From the NCBI GenBank assembly GCA_002269645.1, contig NIVC01002418.1, positions 62,001 through 126,000 of the forward strand: a stretch of DNA of 64,000 nt, read 5' to 3'. Positions 22,501-35,697 of this stretch are shown one piece after another. This stretch comes from Macrostomum lignano. Taxonomy: Eukaryota. The position numbers were made by a program, and so were the translations under genes. Each line of letters opens with the position of its first letter. The stretch's first letter is position 1. Under the pieces are notes generated by a model. The model ran no database searches and was not told the origin of the DNA. It saw only the letters and a list, made by a program, of their open reading frames with translations.

Positions 22501-24415
22501 TACATTCATGTATTTTCTACATGAAAAAAGAAGACACGAAAGTTTTATATACGCGGAAGTACCAATCTCAAATAGTCAGAGGTCTACAAAAAGTGAAAAG
22601 AACTGGTATAGTAACTTTATTTTTGTTAAAAGTTAAGCACTCATATTAGTGGTGGAAAAGTTTTAATAAGTTTTTTAATTGGAAAGGTACGGGAATGGCC
22701 GGGAATGACAGTGAATATGGCCGGGAATGACAGTGAATATGGCCGGGAATGGCAGTGAAGATGGCCGGGAATGACAGTGAAGATGACCGGGAATGACAGT
22801 GAAGATGGCCGGGAATGACCACAGTGAATATGGCCGGGAATGACAGTGAATATGGCCGGGAATGACAGTGAATATGGCCGGGAATGACCACAGTGAATAT
22901 GGCCGGGAATGGCAGTGAATATGGCCGGGAATGACAGTGAAGATGGCCGGGAATGACAGTGAATATGGCCGGGAATGACCACAGTGAATATGGCAAGAGG
23001 TAGCACTGAAAAAGAGACAGTGGACACAACGTCAAGACAAATACCCCTGGAACAGAGCTAAAAGCAAGCCGACATATATAAACACATAAACACACAACAC
23101 AGAAGCCGAGTCAGGAAGCCAAAGCAGAAGACATGAAAGGTATCTAGGCCCCTCCAATGAATGAAACAAACAGCGAGATAGTAGCTATAGATTCCAAATA
23201 TGCATCATTACTGCACTGTGCCATCCTCCCGCCTTGATCAAGATAAGCGCTGTATGCAAACTTTTATTGAGTCATAAGTTCGGTCTTATTTTGCTCTACA
23301 ACTCATGTCGGTATACTTCAATACAGATACTCTGCGCTCCTTGTCTCCGCGTTATAACTGATAAGCGCGCGCATTACCTGCCTACTCAAAATAGTGTTTG
23401 CGCGCAGGAAGTGGCGTAAGTGCCGAAAGACTGCACATCAAGGCGACAGGTGTCGTGAATCGTGAAAAATTGCAAAGCTACCCGGTCACAACAGCGGCAA
23501 AGCAGAGATATGAGATATGGCTAACTACAGACCATAAAATCTTTCTAATTCGCTATAAAGACGGTCACTCTAGGCCTTGGAGTGTGTTCGGCGACGGAGT
23601 GACAGGCTCTCACCTGGTATACGGGGTTTCTCCCGGCTCAAGGGAAACCAGTGGTGCAAATGATCCCCCAGTTGCCTGCAGCGACCCTGCCTGAAGGGAA
23701 GTTTCCGCCGGAGGAGAGTGGTGTCTGAGGAGGCCGGACCTGGTCGATTAAAAGCGGTTTGGTGGAGCCAGACCGTGTAATAGAAAGTAGCTTCGCAGTC
23801 AGGACCACCCAAAATCACTCGCCCCTGAATCTTTGCCCCTACTGAGTAGTAGGAAAATGGTACGGTCTGGCCACGTCGCTGATTGGCTGGCCAATCAATA
23901 GCTTTGGTTGGCCAGCCAATCAGCGAGGGGGAGCCAATCAGCGAGGGGGAGCCAATCAGCGAGGGGGAGCCAATCAGCGAGGGGGAGCCAATCAGCGAGG
24001 GGGAGCCAATCAGCGATGAGGAGGCCCCGGAGGCGGGGGTGGGGGCAGGCCAGAGGTGGGGTGGGGCAAGCCTAGGGGTGGGGTCGGGAAGCCCAGAGAT
24101 GGGGTCGAGCAGGCCGGATGAGGTTCGGGCAGCTGAGTGTCTGGGTGAATGTCACTTCCTGTCACTGTCCTGCCAAAGCAAAGTGTGGCAATTAGGCTCA
24201 TCCTCCGGCCTCTCCAATATTCTGCAGATCTTTGTGACGCAGCCCAAAATAGCTCTGTGCTACGAAAAGGAGAAAAGGAGGAGGCAACAAAACTGGGCTC
24301 AAACAATGAAATCAGACAACAATAAAAAATCTACGAGGTGCAATTAGTGCTCGCAAAGACTACTGGATCAATTTTGCCTCACTATTGATCTACTAAATTA
24401 GCGATTTAAATCATT

Positions 24416-27400
24416 TCATATTGCTGCAGTTATTAGCGGACTAGAAGTGGATTTTGCTGCTAGAGCAGATTTTCCTTCACAAGCCACCTTGGAGTAGGAA
24501 AATTTTCCTTTGCTCCGTCGCGAAGGCATGGACGAAGACGTGGAAGCTTTGTCAGCCACGGAGGCCAGCCGATGCTTGAGCGACCGTCTGGTCAGCTGCT
24601 GATGCGCCAGCTGCTGACTTTCTGCAGCAGCAGCTGGCTCAGCGCCAGCTCCATCAAACTCTTCTTCGTGGTTCGGAGTCGATACCGGAGTCGGCGGTGG
24701 AGACGGCGAGGCTGACACAGCAACCCGCGACGACTGCCGACTCTTACCGGGCCCGGCGAACAGCGACTGGCCAGCCAGCAGGAGCGACTGCGCCAGCCGG
24801 GACACCGACGGAGGCGACGCCATGGAGGAGCCGGTCGAGGCGGACGAGGCGGTGACCGCCCGGTCCTCATCGTCCCCCAGGCCAGAGGCTTCGAAGGCCT
24901 CGGCAGCCAGCTGTCTCGGCAGGCTCCTACGCTGGCGAGACCGCTGCCTGCGACTGGCGTACCGGCGACTTCTATTGGACGCCGATGACGCAGCGGAAGC
25001 CGCCGGACCGACCGGGTGAGAGCAGATCGCCCGGATCAGAGCGCGCTGCTGCTTCCTGGCAGCGGCTTTAGTGTCGTCAGTCTGGTACTTGGCCATCTGG
25101 GTGCTGTAGCCAGTTGGCTCAGTGAGCTCCCGGCTGACCTGCACTGCTGGGTACCGATCCTCATCAGCCTTCTGATCCTCCTGGCCAGCTTCCGTCTGGG
25201 CATCAGGCGCAGCTTGGTCAGCGGCGACACTGGTCTCTTCAATAAATCTATTGAATTTCGGGGCATTCTCCTGATTACTGTCACTATCCTGGCCAGCTGG
25301 CAGGCCGTCTGCGCTGCTATTGCAGGCGGAGAACTCTTGGCCTGAGTACATTGCCGGCATGCCCAAGTCGCCGCTTTCGGCTACTCCGCCCATCGGCGGC
25401 TCGGCATAGTGAGTGTCTAGCGGGGTGAACCGCCTGGGCTCGGCGCAGTAGTCTATGGCCGCACCGCCTCCGCCGCCGCTCTCAGCTGCCGGATAAAACA
25501 CCGGGACATCGGCTGGCGGCCGGTACGGCATCGGGGTGGGCAGCTGCTGCCAGGGGGCAGCCCAGCTGGGCGGGGAGTGCGGCGGGATTAGGGGGGGATA
25601 ATTCTGGGGGACTGCGCCAGTCTGACCACCAGGCTGTTGCTGGGACAGTTTACTGGGCGGCCAGTCGACGAGGTGAAGCAGCTGCAGATGCGGTGGGTCG
25701 TCAGTCAATTTGTAGTTCAGTCCGATTGAGCATGGAGACTCCGATTTAATAGTTTAGAAATACAATTAAACTTGAAGTCCTCTGGGTGCTTACTGGGCAG
25801 GTGCGAAAAAACAAAACCCACCCTGAGGGCACTGTGGACACGGGCTGCAATAAAGCCAATTCCACCTGAGGGCACTGTGGACACGGGCTGCAATAAAGCC
25901 AATTCCACCTGAGGGCACTGTGGACACGGGCTGCAATAAAGCCAATTCCACCTGAGGGCACTGTGGACACGGGCTGCAATAAAGCCAATAAACACCTGAG
26001 AGCACTGTGGATACGGGCTGCAATAAAGCCAATTCCACCTGAGGGCACTGTGGACACGGGCTGCAATAAAGCCAATTCCACCAGAGGGCACTGTGGACAC
26101 GGGCTGCAATAAAGCCAATTCCACCTGAGGGCACTGTGGACACGGGCTGCAATAAAGCCAATTCCACCTGAGGGCACTGTGGACACGGGCTGCAATAAAG
26201 CCAATAAACACCTGAGAGCACTGTGGATACGGGCTGCAATAAAGCCAATTCCACCTGAGAGCACTGTGGACACGGGCTGCAATAAAGCCAATTCCACCTG
26301 AGGGCACTGTGGACACGGGCTGCAATAAAGCCAATAAACACCTGAGAGCACTGTGGATACGGGCTGCAATAAAGCCAATTCCCACCTGAGAGCACTGTGG
26401 ACACGGGCTGCAATAAAGCCAATAAACACCTGAGAGCACTGTGGACACGGGCTGCAATAAAGCCAATAAACACCTGAGACCACTGTGGACACGGGCTGCA
26501 ATAAAGTCAATAAACACCTGAGACCACTGTGGACACGGGCTGCAATAAAGCCAATAAACACCTGAGACCACTGTGGACACGGGCTGCAATAAAGTCAATA
26601 AACACCTGAGACCACTGTGGACACGGGCTGCAATAAAGCCAATAAACACCTGAGACCACTGTGGACACGGGCTGCAATAAAGTCAATAAACACCTGAGAC
26701 CACTGTGGACACGGGCTGCAATAAAGCCAATAAACACCTGAGACCACTGTGGACACGGGCTGCAATAAAGTCAATAAACACCTGAGACCACTGTGGACAC
26801 GGGCTGCAATAAAGCCAATAAACACCTGAGACCACTGTGGACACGGGCTGCAATAAAGTCAATAAACACCTGAGACCACTGTGGACACGGGCTGCAATAA
26901 AGTCAATAAACACCTGAGACCACTGTGGACACGGGCTGCAATAGTGTGCAAAAAACTGCAATTATTATCGTATTAATTTACAATAGTTATTAATCTAGAA
27001 CGGAAGTATAACTTTCTACAATTGAAATTGAAAAATTAGCAGTTTCACTTCGACTTGCGCGCCATGGAAACAGGTTTATATAAACTGTAAGCACGCAAAT
27101 CGCAAAGCACCTGGAAATTCCATTAATTTACGTATTTAAGCAGGGCACGACATGCCAACAACCAAAATGCTATCGTATAATGCAAACAAACAAAGTTGTT
27201 AAAGAGGCACAGCTATACCTGAGGACTGCACAGACATGTTCAGGGTAAGCAGAGACGGACTGGCAATTATAATAAAACAAGCAAACTCGTTCCGGTTTAA
27301 AATTGTATTCACAATCACAAAAGCAGCCGCTCTTCTAGGGGCGGCCTACTAAAGCACCGGGGTGGGGTGGGGGCGGCCTGCTAAAGCACCGGGGTGGGGT

Positions 27401-30400
27401 GGGGGCGGCCTGCTAAAGCACCGGGGTGGGGTGGGGGCGGCCTGCTAATGCACCGGGGTGGGGTGGGGGCGGCCTGCTAAAGCACCGGGGTGGGGTGGGG
27501 CCGGCCTGCTAAAGCACCGGGGTGGGGTGGGGGCGGCCTGCTAAAGCACCGGGGTGGGGTGGGGGCGGCCTACTAAAGCACCGGGGTGGGGTGGGGGCGG
27601 CCTGCTAAAGCACCGGGGTGGGGTGGGGGCGGCCTGCTAAAGCACCGGGGTGGGGTGGGGGCGGCCTACTAAAGCACCGGGGTGGGGTGGGGGCGGCCTG
27701 CTAAAGCACCGGGGTGGGGTGTGGGCGGCCTACTAAAGCACCGGGGTGGGGTGGGGGCGGCCTGCTAAAGCACCGGGGTGGGGTGGGGGCGGCCTGCTAA
27801 AGCACCGGGGAGGGGGAGGGGCGGCCTGTTAAAGCACAGGGGAGGAGTGGGGCGGCCTGCTAAAGCACCGGGGTGGGGTGGGGGCGGCCTGCTAAAGCAC
27901 CGGGGTGGGGTGGGGGCGGCCTGCTAAAGCACCGGGGAGGGGGAGGGGCGGCCTGCTAAAGCACAGGGGAGGAGTGGGGCGGCCTGCTAAAGCACCGGGG
28001 TGGGGTGGGGGCGGCCTGCTAAAGCACCGGGGTGGGGTGGGGGCGGCCTGCTAAAGCACCGGGGAGGGGGAGGACCGGCCTGCTAAAGCACCGGGAGGGG
28101 AGGGGCGGCCTGCTAAAGCACCGGGGAGGAGTGGGGCGGCCTGCTAAAGCACCGGGGAGGGGGAGGGGGCGGCCTGCTAAAGCACCGGGGAGGGGGAGGG
28201 GGCGGCCTGCTAAAGCACCGGGGAGGGGAGGGGGCGGCCTGCTAAAGCACCAGGGAGGGGGAGGGGGCGGCCTGCTAAAGCACCGGGGAGGGGAGGGGCA
28301 GCCTGCTAAAACACCGGGGAGGGGGAGGGGCGGCCTGCTAAAGCACCGGGGAGGAGTGGGGCGGCCTGCTAAAGCACCGGGGAGGAGTGGGGCGGCCTGC
28401 TAAAGCACCGGGGAGGGGGAGGGGGCGGCCTGCTAAAGCACCGGGGAGGGGAGGGGCAGCCTGCTAAAGCACCGGGGAGGGGGAGGGGCGGCCTGCTAAA
28501 GCACCGGGGAGGAGTGGGGCGGCCTGCTAAAGCACCGGGGAGGAGTGGGGCGGCCTGCTAAAGCACCGGGGAGGAGTGGGGCGGCCTGCTAAAGCACCGG
28601 GGAGGGGGAGGGGCGGCCTGCTAAGCTAAAGCACCGGGGAGGGGGAGGGGGCGGCCTACTAAGCTAAAGCATCGGGGAGGGGGAGGGGTGGCGGAAACGG
28701 CCTGCTAAAACACCGGGGAGGGGGAGATGGCGGCCTGCTAAAAGACCAGGGAGAGGGTGGCAGGAGAGGCCAACTAAAGAGGGGTTGGCCTTCTCAAAAG
28801 AACGAGTACTGAAGTACTTGTAAGAATCAATAGGAAATCGAGGTGCACAATAAAGCGCTGGTAAAAGGCTGGAGTAATAACGATACTAAAAATCTCAGGC
28901 TCAACTGCCTCGTCATCTAATTAATTACCTAATTAGACCTAATAAATGGGGTTTTCACACTCACCGAGTGTCCGGCCGAGGCCAGCCGGTGCAGCACGCA
29001 AGCATCGTAGACGGTCCACCATTCGCCAAGGAACTCAGCCCGAAACTCGGCCGTCTGGTCCATCAATGGCCGCCGGCTCAACTGCCAGGGCTTCTGGCCG
29101 GCGCCGGCAAAGTGCACAACTTTGATAGAGTCGCGGAAATGCCGCAGCGCAGGCAAATAAGAATAGAACGCGTAGGACAGGCAGTTGTAGCCAAATGGCA
29201 GGCGGCGGGAGATGTCCGCAGATTTCCATCGGTCCGCCAGGCACGTGTTCAGTAGGCCCTGGGAGGGAAGAGTGCGACTGGATAGTCATTGGCGTTGGGG
29301 AGATTTAGGGGCGATTTATGGCGGCTCTAAGAGGGATTGATGGGCGATTCCTAGGGGAGATCGATGGGCAATTCTTAAGGGAGATTGATGGGCGATTCCT
29401 ACTAAAGGAGATTAATGGGCGTTTCTTAGGGGAGATTAATGGGCGATCCCTAGGGGAGATTGATGGGCGATTCCTAGGGGAAATTGATGGGCGATTTTTG
29501 GGGGAGATTGATGGGCGATTTCTAGGGGAAATTGATGGGCGATTACTACTAAAGGAGATTGATGGGCGATTCCTAGGGGAGATTGATGGGCGATTCCTAG
29601 GGGAGATTGATGGGCGATTACTACTAAATGAGATTGATGGGCGATTCCTAGGGGAGATTGATGGGCGATTACTACTAAAGGAGATTGATGGGCGATTCCT
29701 AGGGCAGATAATTGGGCGATTCCTAAATGAGATTGATGGGCGATTCCTAGGGGAGATCGATGGGCGATTCTTAAGGGAGATTGATGGGCGATTCCTAGGG
29801 GAGATTGATGGGCGATTCTTAGGGGAGATCGATGGGCGATTCTTAGGGGAGATCGATGGGCGATTCCTAGGGGAGATTGATGGGCGATTCTTAAGGGAGA
29901 TTGATGGGCGATTCTTAAGGGAGATTGATGGGCGATTCTTAAGGGAGATTGATGGGCGATTCTTAGGGGAGATTGATGGGCGATTCTTAAGGGAGATTGA
30001 TGGGCGATTCTTAAGGGAGATTGATGGGCGATTCTTAGGGGAGATTGATGGGCGATTCTTAAGGGAGATTGACGGGCGATTCTTAGGGGAGATTGATGGG
30101 CGATTCTTAAGGGAGATTGATGGGCGATTCTTAAATGAGATTGATGGGCGATTCTTAAGGGAGATTGACGGGCGATTCTTAGGAGAGATTGATGGGCAAT
30201 TCTTAAGGGAGATTGATGGGCGATTCTTAGGGGAGATTGATGGGCGATTCTTAAGGGAGATTGATGGGCGATTCTTAGGGGAGATTGATGGGCGATTCTT
30301 AAATGAGATTGATGGACGATTCTAAGGGGAGATTGATGGGCAATTCTTAGGGGAGATTGATGGGCGATTCTTAAGGGAGATTGATGGGCGATTCCTAGGG

Positions 30401-32215
30401 GAGATTGATGGGCGATTCTTAGGGGAGATTTATGGGCGATTCTTAAGGGAGATTGATGGGCGATTCCTAGGGGAGATTGATGGGCGATTCCTAAATGAGA
30501 TCGGTGGGCGATTCTTAAATTAGATTGGTGGGCAATTCCTAGAGATTGACGGGCGATTCTTAGGAGAGATTGACGGGCAATTCTTAGGGGAGATTGATGG
30601 GCGATTCTCAGGGGAGATTAATGAGCATTTTTTTTGGAGATTAACGAGCGATTCTCAGGGGAGATTAATGAGAGATTTTTTTGGAGATTAACGAGCGATT
30701 CTCAGGGGAGATTAATGAGAGATTCTCAGGGGAAATAAATAAGCGATTCTCAGGGGAGATTAACGAGCGATTCTCAGGGGAGATTAACGAGCGATTCTCA
30801 GGGGAGATTAACGAGCGATTCTCAGGGGAGATTAACGAGCGATTCTTGGGAAGACTTTTAGCGATTCCGATGAGCGTCCATGGTCACCTGGTCGGAGCCG
30901 TCCACCAAGCTGCCTGGCGAGTCAGCAGCCCGCCGCATCAGCAGCTGGAAGGTGGCCTCGCTGGGCCGCAGCACCATGACGCCAGAGTTGAACCAGTCCG
31001 GCCAGCCGGGGTCGGGCGCCGCCGACAGCTCGTCCCTGTCGAGCAGTTCGTCGATGTTAACCAGCGGCAGCGTGTCGGCGTCCATGTAGGCCACCTTGGC
31101 GAACTGCGAGAGCTGCCAGACCCGCAGTTTGGCCAGGCCCAGCGACTCGCCCTGCAGGTCCGGCCGGCCGAGGAGGTTCAAAGCGGCCGTGGCAGCCGAA
31201 GTTGCCGACGCCGGAACGAGGACAGGCTGCACCGGCTGTACAGAGTCCGCCACCTCAGCCAGCAGCGACCTGGCAACAGGGCGGATTGCCACGGGTTTTA
31301 TGGCGCGGGGAAGGACTGAACAGTAAGGGGTTTTGATTTTGCCTTTTTTAAAGTCTTCTTGACGCTCATTGCGCTGGCATGATAGCAATCGAATACCCAA
31401 AATATTAATCTTTTTTGCGCCTCTGGCTTTCATTTGGCTCTCCTGACTCTCATTTGAGCATCCCTGATACACACATTTGAGCATCCCTGACACACATTTG
31501 AGCATCCCTGACACACATTTTAGCATCCCTGACACACATTTTAGCATCCCTGACAAACACTTCAGCATCCCTGACAAACACTTTAGCATCCCTGACACAC
31601 ATTAGAGCATCCCTGACACAAATTTGAGCATCCCTGACACACATTTGAGCATCCTGACAAACATTTCAGCATCCCTGACACACAGTTGAGCATCCCTGAC
31701 ACACATTTGAGCATTCCCTGACACAAATTTGAGCATCCCTGACACATATTTTAGCATCCTTGACACACATTTGAGCATCCCTGACAAACATTTCAGCCTC
31801 CCTGACATATATTTTAGCATCCCTGGCACTAATTTTTGTGCATACCCCCAATGCCTCAAGTGTCCACTATCAATGTTGGTACTATTGCTTATAACCAATC
31901 TAGATAGAATTTTAAACCCATTACATAGGCAAAAAGGTCATTAAATATAAGCTTGACCTTATTCTAAATGGAAATCATCAATTAAAGATATATATTTCTA
32001 TGCCTTTCAATAAAAAGCACATAGGTCACCACAAAAGTTTTAACCAATCAAGATAAGCAAATTAAAAATTATTCTTACCTTAACTCATGACTAACAGCAT
32101 CTGTAACCATGATGCAAATATGTTTAGATGTTTGCAATTGGCGCAATGCGTATGCCCATACTAAGGCACCAATAGCATAAGAGTCATTTGTAGCCAATGT
32201 TACAAATGCTTCCAT
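24416..32215 (-). CDS. GYG1: Glycogenin copy 2, duplicated exons 1-4 only, lacking its own C-terminal synthase-binding exon
   Basis: Exons 32215-32079, 31269-30888, 29258-28965, 25681-24416 (TGA). Near-identical to copy 1; exon 1 has Thr/Ala and other SNPs; exon 4 is 18 nt shorter. Confidence 0.75.
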
Positions 32216-35200
32216 CATCAAATTTGATATACTCAGCAACTGAAATAATAAAAATAGCATTCTTATAAAATTTTAATTTAAATAATAACTAACTATAATA
32301 TATATAATTAAAAAATATATTTAAATAAAAATATATTAAAATCCTTGTATTTTAAAATATAATATGTAGATTATAGAAGAACTCTAATGTTCAAAAAATT
32401 ATCAATTAAGAAATTAAAACTATAATAACAACTAAATACAAAGAGAGATCCTATTATATAAACTAGGCCCCTATTGCTGCTAATATATCTTGATAGATTA
32501 AGCCTATAAAAAATTAAGTACTCAACCTGGCTATTTGTTGAATATTTTCTATTCTAATATATTCTACTATAATTATATTAAAAAAATTAGTTACTCAAAG
32601 CTTAAGCTATTTATTAACTAATTATTAATTCTTTAAAGGCAGCAACCTAAGTCAAGTGGTCCATAGATAGTATGGCACTCTTAGTCTTATGTAATAATAG
32701 CCTAGGCTAAATTCCAAATCCAAGTGTAGGCATATTAATTTAAGGCTAATTTAGAATCTTAGCAAGGATCTGCTTAAGAAATTAATGCCTAATACCTTAG
32801 CCATATATTTATACACTTTATTGCACCTTAAGAGGTTAGGCCTCAAGGGTAGGCTATTAATTCCATAATTTGTACTTTATTATTGATAAATAAAGACTAG
32901 TTAGGCCTTAGGGGCCACTGCACTGTATAAGTATATATACCATTGTGGGCAGTAATGCCTTTTGCAATATGTGAAAATTTCACTTAAAGTATACTAGGCC
33001 CACCAGGGTGCATATTATTATAGCCACCCTGTCTCTGAGGATTGTGTCTGTAAAGTAGTTTTACTATCAAAAAGCATCAAATTTAAACAATATTTATAAC
33101 ATATTAAATGTACTGTGTTGTGTATTTATAATTGTATCATAAATACAATACAAATACAATACTAGAAATAAAATTTGTCTATTGACACTATCGTAGTATT
33201 CGTAATCGTATTCGTAGAAAACTAATAAACAAGACTCAATGACGATTGACGATGACGATTGGGTTGGATCTTGAAATCGATCTATCTGACCTAATGTTTG
33301 ACAGCTGAAGTGCATATTCTATTTCTAAATTTTATTGGGGCAACACTGCTCTCGACTGGACAGAGTGCCGGCCGGTCACCGTGATTTGGAGTCTCGAAAA
33401 TTATTCAAATTTCCGTTTAAGTTTTCATAGAACGCACAAATTTTAATTATCGCAAAGCGTTATTAAAAATCCGTTGCATGTAGTAAGCCTTTCAAGCTAC
33501 CAAGACGTACATCAAAGCGATAGTAGGATAGAAAGGTACTTAGGTACGTTGACAATAGGATTAAAACTAATGAATGGTTGCAATTTATTTCAGAATTAAA
33601 TGTTGTTTTGCCCAAATTATCATAAAAACGAAAATTTATGTGTGTTTGTTTATCGTTTGACTACCGTTGGTTGCCGAGAAGACAGATAGCTACCAAAGAC
33701 TACTCGATTTGTTCGCTAAGTTTTTCTGGCAAGATTTTTCCGCTAATAATTTGCTATGCTAGGTAGTTTTGTCTAGTTTTTTGGAAAATATACCCATCTT
33801 CTAAAGAAGGATTGTCGGATAGCACTCTGCGCTGCCCAAGCAGCTCGATGCAGCCAGCAGCTTCCTGTAGCAGTAAAACGTCATGGAAACCTCTGTAGCT
33901 TGCGCCGACGTAACTGTTGGACATTAAATTACACCTGAGGGTTAACTCGTTAAGTGATAAAATTTGTTATTAAATACGAACACTGCATGCATGGACCCCC
34001 TTTAGATATACTCTCAGGGCAGGCGGAATTAAGATCCTTTGCGGGATAATCTCCTGTGGCGAGCAGTTCGTCGGTGAGTATCAGCAATTCCGGCTGTGGG
34101 CAGTATGGCTCGGTGTGGACAATGTGGTATGTCAGCTAGAGTCGTTGAAGCGGCGATAACAGACGCGACCTTGATGTTTGACTAATAGCTAGTGTGAGCC
34201 GCATCAATTAAAACCTGCTGTTTAGCCATTTGGAAGCCAAAGGCCTGCACCGCAGGCCATAACGAAACGGCTCAAAAGTCCAGAGATTGAAAAATACATG
34301 GCATCAAAAAACCACATGTATGGCCTGCTGTGCACGTCAAGACTGATTTAAAAATTTGTCCATTATGCATTTCCATTATGTTTTCACTCAAATTTCAGAG
34401 GTGAAATAAGCGTGTACAGTGAAAATATGAGGTGATGCACAAATGTATGGTCGTATTAAATATAGCTAAATTTAATCACTTCACGCATACGAGTATTATA
34501 ACTAGTATTAAACAAATACGAAATTTGACTGCATGGTTCCAAAGAAAACAAGGACATGAAAAGAAAAGTGTAACAGGTTTCAAGTTAGGAGACGCCAATT
34601 CAGGACCGCTCGTGTGGGAGCTCAATGTGTCTCTGTCCAGATCCTGAAGCATGGATCTGGACAGAGACCAGGATGTCCGGGACATTGGCTGCAGCAAAAT
34701 ATACTGTCTTCTTAGCTGGAACGTCAGGTTTCAAAGAGCACATTGGGCATAGTTTGCTTGGGCGAGCCTGGGCTTCCGTTGCTGGGAGTCTCATTGGTGA
34801 ATGAATTGGACGGTTAGCCTGCATCGGGGCTGTATAAGTACACCGTAATTTCATGCGCTCAGTTAAATGTGCAAGTACTATAAAATCCAAAAACCATGCA
34901 GTCACACGCATCAGTGGGGGCATAGGAAAGCTGAAGCCTCTAAAAATATTTATAGGCTTTTGAAAGGTGCCCTCGATAACTTGCGAACACGGTCCCAGAA
35001 TGGGGAAGTGCGGCAGCTGCGTGCTCACTCCGGCATTGAAATGAGAGCAGTCTGCCCAATCTCAATAGTTCTCAAATTCAAAGGGGACCCATCCTGGGAG
35101 GAGGTCAAAGTATAGTCAGGACCCTGTAAAAGAAAAAAATCATGTTAAGTACATTCATGTATTTTCTACATGAAAAAAGAAGACACGAAAGTTTTATATA

Positions 35201-35697
35201 CGCGGAAGTACCAATCTCAAATAGTCAGAGGTCTACAAAAAGTGAAAAGAACTGGTATAGTAACTTTATTTTTGTTAAAAGTTAAGCACTCATATTAGTG
35301 GTGGAAAAGTTTTAATAAGTTTTTTAATTGGAAAGGTACTGTACAGCATATTACTTGGCCTGTAAATTTGAATCTGTCAATCTGATGGCATACAGAATAC
35401 CGCTGATAATATGACGGCCTGATCAAAGAGTAAGGATAAGCGTCCATTGCATTGCTGCAACTCAAAAGAATCTCTGTTTGATCGAAAGGAAGCCTAAGAA
35501 GTACAAGTATGAGCACAGTGGGGGGGAATAAATACTGTCACAAACAAGCAAACAATTCCTTGAGTAAAACTTGAGTAAAATTTGACAGCTGCTCTCTGTA
35601 TACACTGTAGCAGACTGGCGGAAATATCTAAACAAAAAGTACATGTTGGTCTCCTCCAGAAAACAAGTCAATCAGAAAACTCAATGAAGCTGTGCGC

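Larger units (their letters stand above)
10000..35339. repeat. Direct tandem segmental duplication, unit ~12.65 kb (~10.0k-22690 and 22691-35339)
   Basis: Identical ORFs recur at offsets of 12576-12649 (e.g. 10601/23234, 16353/28929, 21783/34432). Both units end in TTTTTTAATTGGAAAGGTAC (22690, 35339). Copies differ by VNTR length, a few SNPs and indels. The left boundary lies in a minisatellite and is approximate. Confidence 0.95.
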
